A stretch of 64,000 bases of DNA from Pseudomonadota bacterium. Its GTDB lineage: Bacteria > Pseudomonadota > Alphaproteobacteria > UBA2136 > JAPKEQ01. The stretch lies in NCBI GenBank assembly GCA_036141575.1, contig JAYZXF010000017.1:78077-142076 (forward strand), given 5' to 3'. Made by a program: the position numbers and the translations under genes. Positions 25,789 to 34,286 of the stretch are shown piece by piece. The notes beneath the pieces are model-generated. The model was not told the origin of the DNA. It did no database searches and worked only from the letters and a program-made list of their open reading frames with translations. How positions within the stretch are numbered: position 1 is the first letter of the stretch; every line of letters starts with the position of its first letter.

Positions 25789-26373
25789 TTAGAACTCTTC
25801 AGGCATGTCATCTGTGAGTGAGTCCATCATCGGCTCATTCATTGGTTCCATCATCGGCTCCATCATTGAGTCCATGTGAGTATCCATAGAAACTTTATCA
25901 GGTGTAAGACCTGTCATTTCCATCATGCTGTCTTCCATCATTTTAAGCTCTTTACTGATTTCTTCCATTTGCTCGCTTACGTCTTCGCCGCGTGCTTCAG
26001 CTTCTTCAAGCTCTTTTGCTTTTATAGCAAGTTCATCAAGAACCTTCATCATGTCGTCAACAATGCTCAGGCTGCTGTTCAGTTCATCTAGGCTACCTTG
26101 TAGGTTATCTAACTGTGGGCCACCAATGGCGTCTAGGCTAATTGGAGCAGGGATTTCATTGTTCATGTAAACGCTTTGTTTTGCTTCAAGCTGGCCAAGA
26201 GATTTTGAGAAAATATCAAGGTTAGACTCAAGGCGGGTAATTTCTTGCTGAGCAATTTCAATTTTTACTTTCTGGCTCATCATTGTGAAGAGCAGGTAAG
26301 CGACCGCAATTGAAAGTGCCAGAATAATCACAGATACAATATTAATTTGGCGCTTTTCTGATTCGTAAGACAT
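25789..26373 (-). CDS. membrane-anchored coiled-coil protein with Met-rich acidic tail
   Basis: N-terminal TM helix 'INIVSVIILALSIAVAYLLF', a coiled coil, and a C-terminal 'MDSMMEPMMEPMNEPMMDSL'. Confidence 0.55.
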   Translation of the reverse strand: MSYESEKRQINIVSVIILALSIAVAYLLFTMMSQKVKIEIAQQEITRLESNLDIFSKSLGQLEAKQSVYMNNEIPAPISLDAIGGPQLDNLQGSLDELNSSLSIVDDMMKVLDELAIKAKELEEAEARGEDVSEQMEEISKELKMMEDSMMEMTGLTPDKVSMDTHMDSMMEPMMEPMNEPMMDSLTDDMPEEF

Positions 26374-26485
26374 GGTTTATGTTCTTTTTCTTGTTCAAAA
26401 TTAGGTTTGTTACCATACTAGTAAAAACGAATTTTCTTAAAAGAACAAGCGCCAATAGATAAATTGGCCAAGGGGAGAGATAAAA

Positions 26486-26818
26486 ATGCTACTCACAACA
26501 ACACCTTATGTTGAAGGTTACACCATTCGCCGTTACGGCCCAATGGTAGCCAGTGAAGCGGTCATGGGTACCAACCTGTTTAAGGATTACTTTGCAAAAG
26601 TACGTGATATTGTTGGTGGACGCTCTGGTGCGTTCCAAAATGCTCTTGCAGATGCGCGTGAATCTATTCTTCATGAAATCCAAGTGCAGGCTCAGCAATC
26701 TGAGTGTAACGCCATTATCGGTATTGATATTGACTACGGTGAGGTATCAGGTGGTGATAAGACAATGCTTCTTGTTGCTGCAACAGGTACAGCGGTTTAC
26801 ATTGAGCCGATTACTTAG
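26486..26818 (+). CDS. ybjQ: YbjQ/UPF0145 family protein
   Basis: 'TTTPYVEGYTI...VVGGRSGAF...NAIIGIDIDY...LLVAATGTAV' follows the UPF0145 pattern. Confidence 0.8.
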   Translation: MLLTTTPYVEGYTIRRYGPMVASEAVMGTNLFKDYFAKVRDIVGGRSGAFQNALADARESILHEIQVQAQQSECNAIIGIDIDYGEVSGGDKTMLLVAATGTAVYIEPIT

Positions 26819-26827
26819 TTTTTTGTA

Positions 26828-27100
26828 GCTTGCTTCCTGTCTTTTATTTTTCAAATATAAAATTTGTAAAATAAAATTCAACGCAAGCTAGAGTCTTGGT
26901 TTAAAACCTTCCTTGTAAAAACAGTACTCCGTCCTGCTTTTAGCTTTTTTAAACCGCCCAAAACGCCTGAACGTTTTGGTTCGGCTACTCGCCTCACACT
27001 CTCATAGGCCAACACTTCTATTGTGTCCTAGTACTTTGCGGAGCAAAGCGCAGCCGGCGCTTAAGGGCGCCGAGCGCAAAGGTACAAAGTAGGGTAAGCT
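26828..27100. repeat. structured intergenic repeat family, copy C
   Basis: Hairpin 26842-26876. Segment 26958-27040 is the reverse complement of B 58331-58409. Hairpin CCAAAACG/CGTTTTGG at 26958-26979. Confidence 0.75.
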
Positions 27101-27295
27101 GCAGAGCAGCCGTGCCTTTGCAAGATATAAATAAGGTGTTAAATGGCAGGCAGTGTGTCTGTGCGCAGGGCACCGCCTCAACCTGACAGGCCGAGAGTCA
27201 AGAAAGGAAAAAATAACCAAAACAGCTCTTGTCACTTAGGCAGATACACGTTAGTTTATTCCACATTCAAAAGTTTCAAAAATAAGGGATAAGTC

Positions 27296-27544
27296 ATGCA
27301 TATCGAGTCTGATCACGATAGACAAAAAGTAAAAGAATATTTCAAGCAAGCGCTGAACGTAAACCGCAGTGTTGAAGAAGCAAAAGCTGAACTGAAAGAT
27401 ATTCTAGACGTTCTTAACGAACAGCATGAAATCAAGCCATCAATTGCACGTAAAGTGATTAAAGCTATGGAGAAGGGCAACATGCCTGAGATCCGCCATC
27501 AGAACGAACAGTTCGAAGATCTTTACCAAGCAGTGATTCGCTAA
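27296..27544 (+). CDS. hypothetical small helical protein (82 aa)
   Basis: ATG with 'aaggga' upstream. Terminator 27567-27589. Confidence 0.5.
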   Translation: MHIESDHDRQKVKEYFKQALNVNRSVEEAKAELKDILDVLNEQHEIKPSIARKVIKAMEKGNMPEIRHQNEQFEDLYQAVIR

Positions 27545-27566
27545 GGTTGAATTGATCTTGACTTAA

Positions 27567-27589
27567 AAAGGCGCCACATTGGCGCCTTT
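27567..27589. terminator. bidirectional terminator
   Basis: AAAGGCGCC-acatt-GGCGCCTTT. Confidence 0.8.
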
Positions 27590-27608
27590 TTAAATGCGAC
27601 ATATCCCT

Positions 27609-27902
27609 CTATTGTAGTGGTATGCATGAGGATCCATTAAAAAGCATGCCATTATTGGCACATGAGTGAGAATGGCTCTGATTACTCGAGATGCGATCAG
27701 CATCAGCTCTCAAACTTGAGAGTTCTGTATCTAAGACATCAAGCTGACCTGCCAGCACGGTCTTCCAGCTTTTTAGAGCAATACTGAGCGTATTCACTTG
27801 TCTTGAAAGGTTTTCTGTTTCTGCTTTTTGTGCAAGGGCGTCTGCAGGGAATGCCAGCAGTGCCGGTGCTGTAAGTAGAATAAAGGCTTTCTTGAGTTTC
27901 AT
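27609..27902 (-). CDS. secreted minimal member of the 'xxSRQxxxL' coiled-coil family (F8)
   Basis: ATG at 27902 (MKLKKAFILL... signal peptide). 'ENLSRQVNTLSIALKSW', coiled coil, and it ends right after the Cys loop 'CANNGMLFNGSSC'. Confidence 0.6.
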   Translation of the reverse strand: MKLKKAFILLTAPALLAFPADALAQKAETENLSRQVNTLSIALKSWKTVLAGQLDVLDTELSSLRADADRISSNQSHSHSCANNGMLFNGSSCIPLQ

Positions 27903-27916
27903 ATCATGCACTCTTT

Positions 27917-28579
27917 TTAGCATTGCGTGCCGCTTGTGCAGCTTGCAGTTGGGTTTGAGATATTATTTGTATTGGCGTAGTTTAGATAATTGACTGTTTC
28001 TTCCACAGACATAGCACCTGTTGTGGCTTCATTAGAGCCTGCAATATGTTGGCGCACTTCTGCAGCGGCTTGCGCTGCTGTCATGCCTGAACCTTGAAGT
28101 CTGTCCATCTCACCTTGCCAAAAATGTGCTCCAGCTTGGTCTGGTGCGCGGCCGAGCTCATCGCTATAAATTGCGCAAAGCTCAGGTGATGCTGTGCATG
28201 TGTTTTGTGTTGGAGTTGGTGCTGAGGCAACAGTTGGTGCTGAAGCTGATGGGGCAGGCGCTGCGCTGGCTGTTGGTAGCCCTATGCAGTGCGAACCATT
28301 ATAAAGCATATGGCTGTTGGCACAGTCATATGCATTACTTTGTTGCTGAAGCAATCTATCTGCCTCTGTTCTCAATCCCGAAATACTATTGCTGAGTGCT
28401 GTAAGCTCACTGTTTACATTTTGACGAAAGCCGTCAATGGTATTTCTAAGTGAGCCAACTTGCCTAGAAACACCCTCAACAGGCGTGAGCTGTGCTTGAG
28501 ATTCTAGCGTTGTAAGTAGTAGTGTTGGTGTAATAGCAAGTAATGCTTTTCTAAGTAATGCTTTTCTGTTTTTTGACAT
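27917..28579 (-). CDS. secreted coiled-coil family member with DUF4214-like C-terminus (F7)
   Basis: Signal peptide, 'VEGVSRQVGSLRNTIDGF', Cys loop 'CANSHMLYNGSHC', an Ala/Pro linker, then 'IYSDELGRAPDQAGAHFWQGEM' (DUF4214-type motif). Confidence 0.7.
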   Translation of the reverse strand: MSKNRKALLRKALLAITPTLLLTTLESQAQLTPVEGVSRQVGSLRNTIDGFRQNVNSELTALSNSISGLRTEADRLLQQQSNAYDCANSHMLYNGSHCIGLPTASAAPAPSASAPTVASAPTPTQNTCTASPELCAIYSDELGRAPDQAGAHFWQGEMDRLQGSGMTAAQAAAEVRQHIAGSNEATTGAMSVEETVNYLNYANTNNISNPTASCTSGTQC

Positions 28580-28801
28580 ATCTAACCCCTAATAGTTCCT
28601 TAAGGTCTTATAGGTGCCACAACAACTATAGGTATCACTTTGCTGACAGTGTGAAATTTTATAAATAGTACATGTGTTGTGCTATTTTAAAGCTTGCTAT
28701 ACAAAATTCTCTCATGTATATGTTGAAGTACGCATAAAAACGCTCTATTGTGAGCACACTAAATTTTGGTTTCTAAAGATATATAAAAAAGAAATAACCA
28801 T

Positions 28802-29917
28802 ATGAGCTTAACATTTGGATTTGTAAAAGAAACAGCAAAAGGCGAGTGCCGTGTGGCGATGACGCCTGAAGGCATTGGTAAGCTTCTTAAAAGCTACCCA
28901 GACGCAAAGGCTGTGATTCAAAAAGGTGCCGGTGAGGGCGCAGATTTTTCTGATGACGCTTACAAGAAGGCAGGCGCGATTCTTGTTGCCAGCGCAGACG
29001 ATATCTACGCGACATCTGACATTGTGGTGCGCGTAACGCCACCAGCAATGGGTGTGGCTGCACAAATGAAAAAAGGTGCACTTCTACTTGGTAACCTAGA
29101 CCCATTTAACAGCACGAAGCTTTTTGCAGCTCTTGCTAAAAATAAAGTGAACGCGCTGTCTATGGAGCGCATTCCACGCACAAGCCGTGCACAGGCAATG
29201 GACACGCTATCGTCTCAGGCCTCACTTGCAGGCTACCGTGCGGTTATTGAAGCCTCTAGCCTCTACAAAGGCTACTTCCCACTGATGATGACCTCAGCGG
29301 GGAGCTCTCGCCCAGCAAACGTGATTGTGCTAGGTGTGGGTGTTGCGGGCCTTCAAGCCATTGCAACAGCGCGCCGCCTTGGTGCTGCTGTACAAGCGTT
29401 TGACGTACGCCCTGAAGTGAAAGAGCAGGTAGAAAGCCTTGGCGCTAAGTTTATTGATATTGACCTTGGTGAAGATGGTTCAGGTGAGGGCGGTTACGCC
29501 AAAGAGCTGAGCGCTGATGCCAAAGCAAAACAGCAAGCGGCTCTACAAGAGGTTCTGAAGAAGGCTGACGTTGTTGTGACAACAGCGCTGATTCCAGGCC
29601 GTGAAGCCCCTGAGCTGATTACAGAAGACACTGTAAAAGGTATGAAGGACGGTAGCATTATTGTAGATATGGCTGCTGCTGCAGGCGGTAACTGTAAGCT
29701 GACTGAAGCAAACAAAATTGTGATTCGCCATGGTGTTAGCCTTGTGGGTCACACTAACTACCCAAGCATGGCGGCAACGGATGCCAGCCACTTCTACGCA
29801 GGTAACGTACTGAACCTTATGGCGCTCCTTGTGAAGGATGGCCGTCTGGTTTACGACCGTGAAGACGATATTGTTGATGCGGCTCTGAGCGTGTTTGAAG
29901 GGAAGGTGGAATCATGA
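28802..29917 (+). CDS. pntAA: NAD(P) transhydrogenase subunit alpha part 1
   Basis: AlaDH/PNT fold with Rossmann motif 'VIVLGVGVAGLQAIATARRLGA'. Collinear with PntAA. Confidence 0.93.
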   Translation: MSLTFGFVKETAKGECRVAMTPEGIGKLLKSYPDAKAVIQKGAGEGADFSDDAYKKAGAILVASADDIYATSDIVVRVTPPAMGVAAQMKKGALLLGNLDPFNSTKLFAALAKNKVNALSMERIPRTSRAQAMDTLSSQASLAGYRAVIEASSLYKGYFPLMMTSAGSSRPANVIVLGVGVAGLQAIATARRLGAAVQAFDVRPEVKEQVESLGAKFIDIDLGEDGSGEGGYAKELSADAKAKQQAALQEVLKKADVVVTTALIPGREAPELITEDTVKGMKDGSIIVDMAAAAGGNCKLTEANKIVIRHGVSLVGHTNYPSMAATDASHFYAGNVLNLMALLVKDGRLVYDREDDIVDAALSVFEGKVES

Positions 29918-30351
29918 TGATGCCTTGGTATTTCTTTGCAAGCTGGGCTGTTGTTGGTATTGCCATCTTTAACATTGCAGCAAAAAGCATTACAGGCCTT
30001 ACGCCAGCGCTGTTTAACATGCTCTACAGTGGTGTGGTGCTACTTGTGTCTATTAGCTACTTTGCGTTTAGACACTTTACAGGTGAGGCACCGTTTAACG
30101 TGCCAACAGATGCAAAAAGCTGGATGTATGTGATTCTTGCTGGTGTGGGTGTAAACATGATTAACCTTGGTTATGCCGAAATGTATGGCCGTGGTGTTGA
30201 AATTAGTATCGGTGCCAATGCCATTATTATGGCCAGCCTCGTAACCGCCACTCTTATTGGTGTATTTGTATTTAAAGAGCAACTGTCGATGATGAAAGGC
30301 CTTGGTTTATTCCTTGGTGTCATCGCCCTTATTTGCTTCATGAAAGGATAG
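29914..30351 (+). CDS. small polytopic membrane protein inserted in the pnt operon (EamA/DMT-like, weak)
   Basis: ATGA overlap with the pntAA stop. Its stop lies 2 nt before the pntAB ATG. Four or five hydrophobic helices. Confidence 0.6.
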   Translation: MMMPWYFFASWAVVGIAIFNIAAKSITGLTPALFNMLYSGVVLLVSISYFAFRHFTGEAPFNVPTDAKSWMYVILAGVGVNMINLGYAEMYGRGVEISIGANAIIMASLVTATLIGVFVFKEQLSMMKGLGLFLGVIALICFMKG

Positions 30352-30353
30352 AG

Positions 30354-30677
30354 ATGATGGAACTTTCAATGCTAACCGTACTGATTATGGTTTTTGTTCT
30401 GGCCTGCTTTATTGGTTACTTTGTTATTTGGAATGTAACGCCAGCGCTTCACACGCCGCTTATGGCTGTAAGTAATGCCATTAGTGGTATCGTTATTGTG
30501 GGTGCCATTCTGGTGGCAGGTACAGTGGTTTACACAGATGCTCAAGTGATGGGTATCGAGCTTTACAAAATTATCGGTTTCCTAGCGGTCTTCTTTGCAA
30601 GCATTAATATTTTTGGCGGCTTTACAGTCACGCGCCGCATGCTTGCGATGTTTAAATCTAAGTCAAAACCACGCTAG
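30354..30677 (+). CDS. pntAB: NAD(P) transhydrogenase subunit alpha part 2
   Basis: '[23 protein letters not shown]' and '[14 protein letters not shown]' are canonical PntAB motifs. AAGGA RBS. Confidence 0.9.
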   Translation: MMELSMLTVLIMVFVLACFIGYFVIWNVTPALHTPLMAVSNAISGIVIVGAILVAGTVVYTDAQVMGIELYKIIGFLAVFFASINIFGGFTVTRRMLAMFKSKSKPR

Positions 30678-30689
30678 GACATGGCTGCA

Positions 30690-30790
30690 AATGATCGCTT
30701 GCTCCACTTCCGTTGCTCATGTATCTCAAATACACTGCGCTACGGCTCTCGCAAGCCCTCATTTTCGCTCATGCCTACCATATTTTGAAA
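30690..30790. repeat. possible degenerate family copy (E) in the pntAB-pntB spacer
   Basis: 'gcttgctcc...tcaaata' and 'cgctacggctc' resemble copies C/D and B. Weak. Confidence 0.3.
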
Positions 30791-30824
30791 TGAAATTAAT
30801 ATTAAACTGAAAAGTTAATTTGAT

Positions 30825-32240
30825 ATGCTAAATAGTTATTTTGAAACAATTAAAAACACTTTAAATCTAAATGCAGATGCCTTTGCGCTGCTGTATCTAG
30901 CTTGTGGTGTTCTCTTTATTCTTGGCCTGAAAGGTCTCTCACACCCACGCAGTGCTCGCCGTGGTAACTTGCTTGCGATGCTCGGTATGGGCCTTGCGAT
31001 TCTCACAACGCTGATGCATCCAAGTGTCACTGACTACACATGGATCGTTGCGGGTATTGTTGCTGGTGCCATTGTGGGTGTGCCGATTGCCCTTAAAATT
31101 AAAATGACCTCTATGCCGCAGCTTGTGGCAATCCTCAACAGCTTTGGTGGTCTTGCTGCAGCCCTTATTGGTATCGGTATGCACTTTGCGCTGGCTGGTG
31201 ACACAGCAGGGGACCGCACAGAGATCTTTATGGGTGCATGGATTGGTCTACTTACATTCAGTGGTTCTATCATCGCTTTCTCTAAGCTGAGTGGCTACAT
31301 GAAGAGCGCAGCGATTACCTTCCCAATGCAGCACGTGTTTAACCTACTTGTTGGTTTTGCGATGATTGCAACGGGTGTGCTCTACATTCAGCACGGTGAT
31401 GTCAACATGCTGTACGCATTTGCAGCCATCGCTTTTGTACTTGGTATTCTCATTATTATTCCAATCGGTGGCGCAGATATGCCAGTGGTTGTGAGCCTTC
31501 TCAACAGTTATAGTGGTTGGGCAGCTGTGGCAACAGGCTTCACGCTTGAAAACACGCTTCTTATCATCACTGGTTCTGTTGTCGGGTCTTCTGGTGCCAT
31601 CCTGACGTACGTAATGTGTAAAGCGATGAACCGTAGCTTCTTTAACGTTCTGCTTGGCGGTTTTGGTGCTGACGATGATGCAGGCGCAGCAGCTATGGCG
31701 ACAGGTGGTACAGTTAAGCAAGCCAGCGCAGACGATGCAGCCTTCATGATGGAAAACGCAAACAGCGTGGTTGTTGTACCGGGTTACGGTATGGCGGTGG
31801 CGCAAGCACAGCATGCTCTACGTGAGGTGATGGATATTCTGGATGAGAAGAACATTAAAACACGCTTTGCCATTCACCCTGTTGCGGGTCGTATGCCAGG
31901 GCATATGAACGTTCTTCTCGCTGAAGCAGATGTACCATATGAGAATGTGGCTGAAATGGATAATATCAACGCAGACTTCTCAACAACAGATGTTGTGTTG
32001 GTAGTGGGTGCAAACGATGTTGTGAACCCTGACGCCAAAAATGTGAAGAGCAGCCCACTATACGGTATGCCGATTCTTGAAGCGTACAAAGCGAAGACAG
32101 TTTACGTTGTAAAGCGTAGCATGAACGCAGGTTACGCAGGCGTAGATAACGCACTCTTTACAATGGATAACACCTCTATGATCTTTGGAGACGCCAAGGA
32201 AGTTGCAGAACGCCTTGCCGCCGCTCTTAAGATGAACTAG
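30825..32240 (+). CDS. pntB: NAD(P) transhydrogenase subunit beta
   Basis: 'VVVPGYGMAVAQAQH', 'FAIHPVAGRMPGHMNVLLAEA' and 'VLVVGANDVVNP'. Confidence 0.95.
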   Translation: MLNSYFETIKNTLNLNADAFALLYLACGVLFILGLKGLSHPRSARRGNLLAMLGMGLAILTTLMHPSVTDYTWIVAGIVAGAIVGVPIALKIKMTSMPQLVAILNSFGGLAAALIGIGMHFALAGDTAGDRTEIFMGAWIGLLTFSGSIIAFSKLSGYMKSAAITFPMQHVFNLLVGFAMIATGVLYIQHGDVNMLYAFAAIAFVLGILIIIPIGGADMPVVVSLLNSYSGWAAVATGFTLENTLLIITGSVVGSSGAILTYVMCKAMNRSFFNVLLGGFGADDDAGAAAMATGGTVKQASADDAAFMMENANSVVVVPGYGMAVAQAQHALREVMDILDEKNIKTRFAIHPVAGRMPGHMNVLLAEADVPYENVAEMDNINADFSTTDVVLVVGANDVVNPDAKNVKSSPLYGMPILEAYKAKTVYVVKRSMNAGYAGVDNALFTMDNTSMIFGDAKEVAERLAAALKMN

Positions 32241-32256
32241 AGAGATACAAAAGAAA

Positions 32257-32280
32257 AAGCCCCTGCAATAGCGGGGGCTT
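32257..32280. terminator. terminator after pntB
   Basis: AAGCCCCTGC-aata-GCGGGGGCTT. Confidence 0.75.
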
Positions 32281-32703
32281 TTATCGATCTTCAATGATCC
32301 AGAAAAATTTAGCAATTTCTGGAATCGGTTGGCCAAGGAGGCGTCTTTCAATGATGTGATCTGGCGCGTGCCCACTTATTCCAAAGAAATGGCAGGCGTC
32401 AAAATAGCCCATAAATCTAAGAATAAGAAGATGCCCAACAAACAAAAAGAAAGAGGGGACAATAAAAACCATAAGGAGTGCTTCACTATACCCAACAAGG
32501 AGGCTAGAAAAAATAAGCATCACCAGCAAAACACCTTCACCATAGGTTTTATATTTGCGAACTTCGAGGCCTTTTCGAATGGTCTTTTTATATTCAGGGA
32601 TTTTATCCCACATAAGGATTGCTCCTGAGACTTGGAAAAGGAAAACATATTTGAATGACTCGAGTGTAGGGGAGATAGGCTGGAATGAAAAGGGGAAAAG
32701 CAA
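32281..32703 (-). CDS. possible membrane protein (up to 140 aa)
   Basis: AT-rich ORF with two or three hydrophobic segments. Start is unclear. The antisense ORF 32329-32628 competes with it. Confidence 0.35.
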   Translation of the reverse strand: MLFPFSFQPISPTLESFKYVFLFQVSGAILMWDKIPEYKKTIRKGLEVRKYKTYGEGVLLVMLIFSSLLVGYSEALLMVFIVPSFFLFVGHLLILRFMGYFDACHFFGISGHAPDHIIERRLLGQPIPEIAKFFWIIEDR

Positions 32704-32743
32704 AACACCCCGCTTTTAGGCGGGATGTTCTGGTTGTCGAGTG

Positions 32744-33022
32744 TCAGGCGATGGCCCGGGCGATGGCAAATACATTGTAGTAATGCGGAATATCATACTG
32801 TTTGCACAGGGCATCTGCACGATTCCTAACGTGCATGAACTTGAGGTTCATGGCGAGTGCGGCCAAACCGGCAATCACAGCAATAGAGTTGTTGAAGCCC
32901 ATGAAGCTCAGAGCCACACTGATGGTCGCAATAACCACCAGAATGTAGGCGACAGTTTGAAACAGAACGCCTTTGGCGATGGCGCGACGATCTTCCATGG
33001 GGATGGGGTGTGCGTTGGACAT
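32744..33022 (-). CDS. small 2-TM protein, 'LCK..GI.P' paralog family (P1)
   Basis: ATG at 33022 with AAGGAGG 5 nt upstream. Two TM helices. Tail 'ALCKQYDIPHYYNVFAI'. Confidence 0.65.
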   Translation of the reverse strand: MSNAHPIPMEDRRAIAKGVLFQTVAYILVVIATISVALSFMGFNNSIAVIAGLAALAMNLKFMHVRNRADALCKQYDIPHYYNVFAIARAIA

Positions 33023-33151
33023 GTTGTCCTCCTTTTGAAAACGGTGCACTGAGTGAGAAAGTACCTATCATATGGTGATAGTTCTTTGAGAATTCAAGAC
33101 TTTCATAGATAGCAACACCCCACATAAATGCGGGGTGTTGTAGAAGTTCGC

Positions 33152-33430
33152 TTATTTGGATGTGCTTTTGATGACAGCAAAAACGTTCCAGTGGGGCTTG
33201 ATGCCGCGCTCTTTGCAGAGTTGGACGTATTTCCGGTCATTGCGGTGCGCATCCATTTTGATGCAAAGCGCGACGCCAATGATGAAATAGGGCAGGTACT
33301 GGTAGTAAATGCCGAACATCCAGTTGCTGAGCAGGTAGAACAGGGTAAAGCCGACCAGCGCGTAGTACATCAACAGGGTGCGAACACCTTTATTGAGCAC
33401 TTTGCGCTCAGACTTCGTGAGCTTAGCCAT
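33152..33430 (-). CDS. small 2-TM protein, paralog family (P2)
   Basis: Tail 'QLCKERGIKPHWNVFAV'. N-terminal 'LNKGV'. Clear paralog of P1. Confidence 0.65.
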   Translation of the reverse strand: MAKLTKSERKVLNKGVRTLLMYYALVGFTLFYLLSNWMFGIYYQYLPYFIIGVALCIKMDAHRNDRKYVQLCKERGIKPHWNVFAVIKSTSK

Positions 33431-33442
33431 AGGGATGATCCT

Positions 33443-33751
33443 TTAAAGCTTGATGCGAAAGGCTTTTACACCTTGCCAGATTGTGAGCACAGGGTTCCAA
33501 CCATACGTTTTGCATACAGAAAAGAAGTCTGTCATGGTGAAAACGCATGCAGTGACAGTGCTCAAGGCGATGGCAAGCGTGATAGTGTTAATCTTCAGGG
33601 CTTCCCAAATGCTTAAATCTGCAATGAAGCACATGTACAGCATTGAGATTACTGTCACAATGCACATTGCATGGATAGAAGCGGCAAAAGCAAATAACCC
33701 TTGCTTGAAAGCCTTGAACTCATCTTGCGAGAGAACTTCAGAGAGTTGCAT
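33443..33751 (-). CDS. small 2-TM protein, paralog family (P3)
   Basis: 'FKQGL' N-terminal motif and tail 'SVCKTYGWNPVLTIW'. Lies 12 nt upstream of P2. Confidence 0.6.
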   Translation of the reverse strand: MQLSEVLSQDEFKAFKQGLFAFAASIHAMCIVTVISMLYMCFIADLSIWEALKINTITLAIALSTVTACVFTMTDFFSVCKTYGWNPVLTIWQGVKAFRIKL

Positions 33752-33873
33752 GAGTTATCCTTTCAGGATGAAAACGGTGAACAGAATAGGTCGTATGCAA
33801 TATATGGTTCTTAAAATCTTTGTTTTCAAGCCTATAAAAGCAAAACACCCCCGAAGGGGTGGCTTGCTCGCTT

Positions 33874-34158
33874 TTATAGCCAGTTTGGAAGACCAAACTT
33901 ACGGAACAAAATTGCAAGATTTTCATTCCCTTTAAGGCCATACTCTTGGCAAGCTTCTTTAAAAAAGATGCTGCGGAGTTTCCAGTGGAAGAAAGCGAGT
34001 TGCGCAGCGATGCATAGCAGGATGGTCAGTGTTGCGGTAAGGCTCAACAGACCGAAGTAATTGCCAGCCACCATCATGGCACTCAGCGCAGAGCTGAACA
34101 TAAACTGCATAATTTTCAACTCAATTCCTTGTTGGATGGAGCTTTCAGTAATTGTCAT
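33874..34158 (-). CDS. small 2-TM protein, paralog family (P4)
   Basis: ATG at 34158 with GAGG 6 nt upstream. 'IQQGI' and tail 'EACQEYGLKGNENLAIL'. Confidence 0.55.
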   Translation of the reverse strand: MTITESSIQQGIELKIMQFMFSSALSAMMVAGNYFGLLSLTATLTILLCIAAQLAFFHWKLRSIFFKEACQEYGLKGNENLAILFRKFGLPNWL

Positions 34159-34286
34159 AACTGTCCTCAACGGTAAACAGGGTGATTTTATTAAATTATG
34201 GTTATGGTTTATGATTTTTCAATGTGAGGTAGCAGAATCTTTTTGAGTTGTGCTAAACTTTGCCAACTAAAAAAGAAAGAATAAAT

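Noticed and set aside
27002-27235. 77-aa ORF on the minus strand
   Set aside because: It lies entirely within intergenic repeat copy C. Its composition is Arg/Cys/Leu-rich, it has no RBS, and it is not conserved in the other copies.
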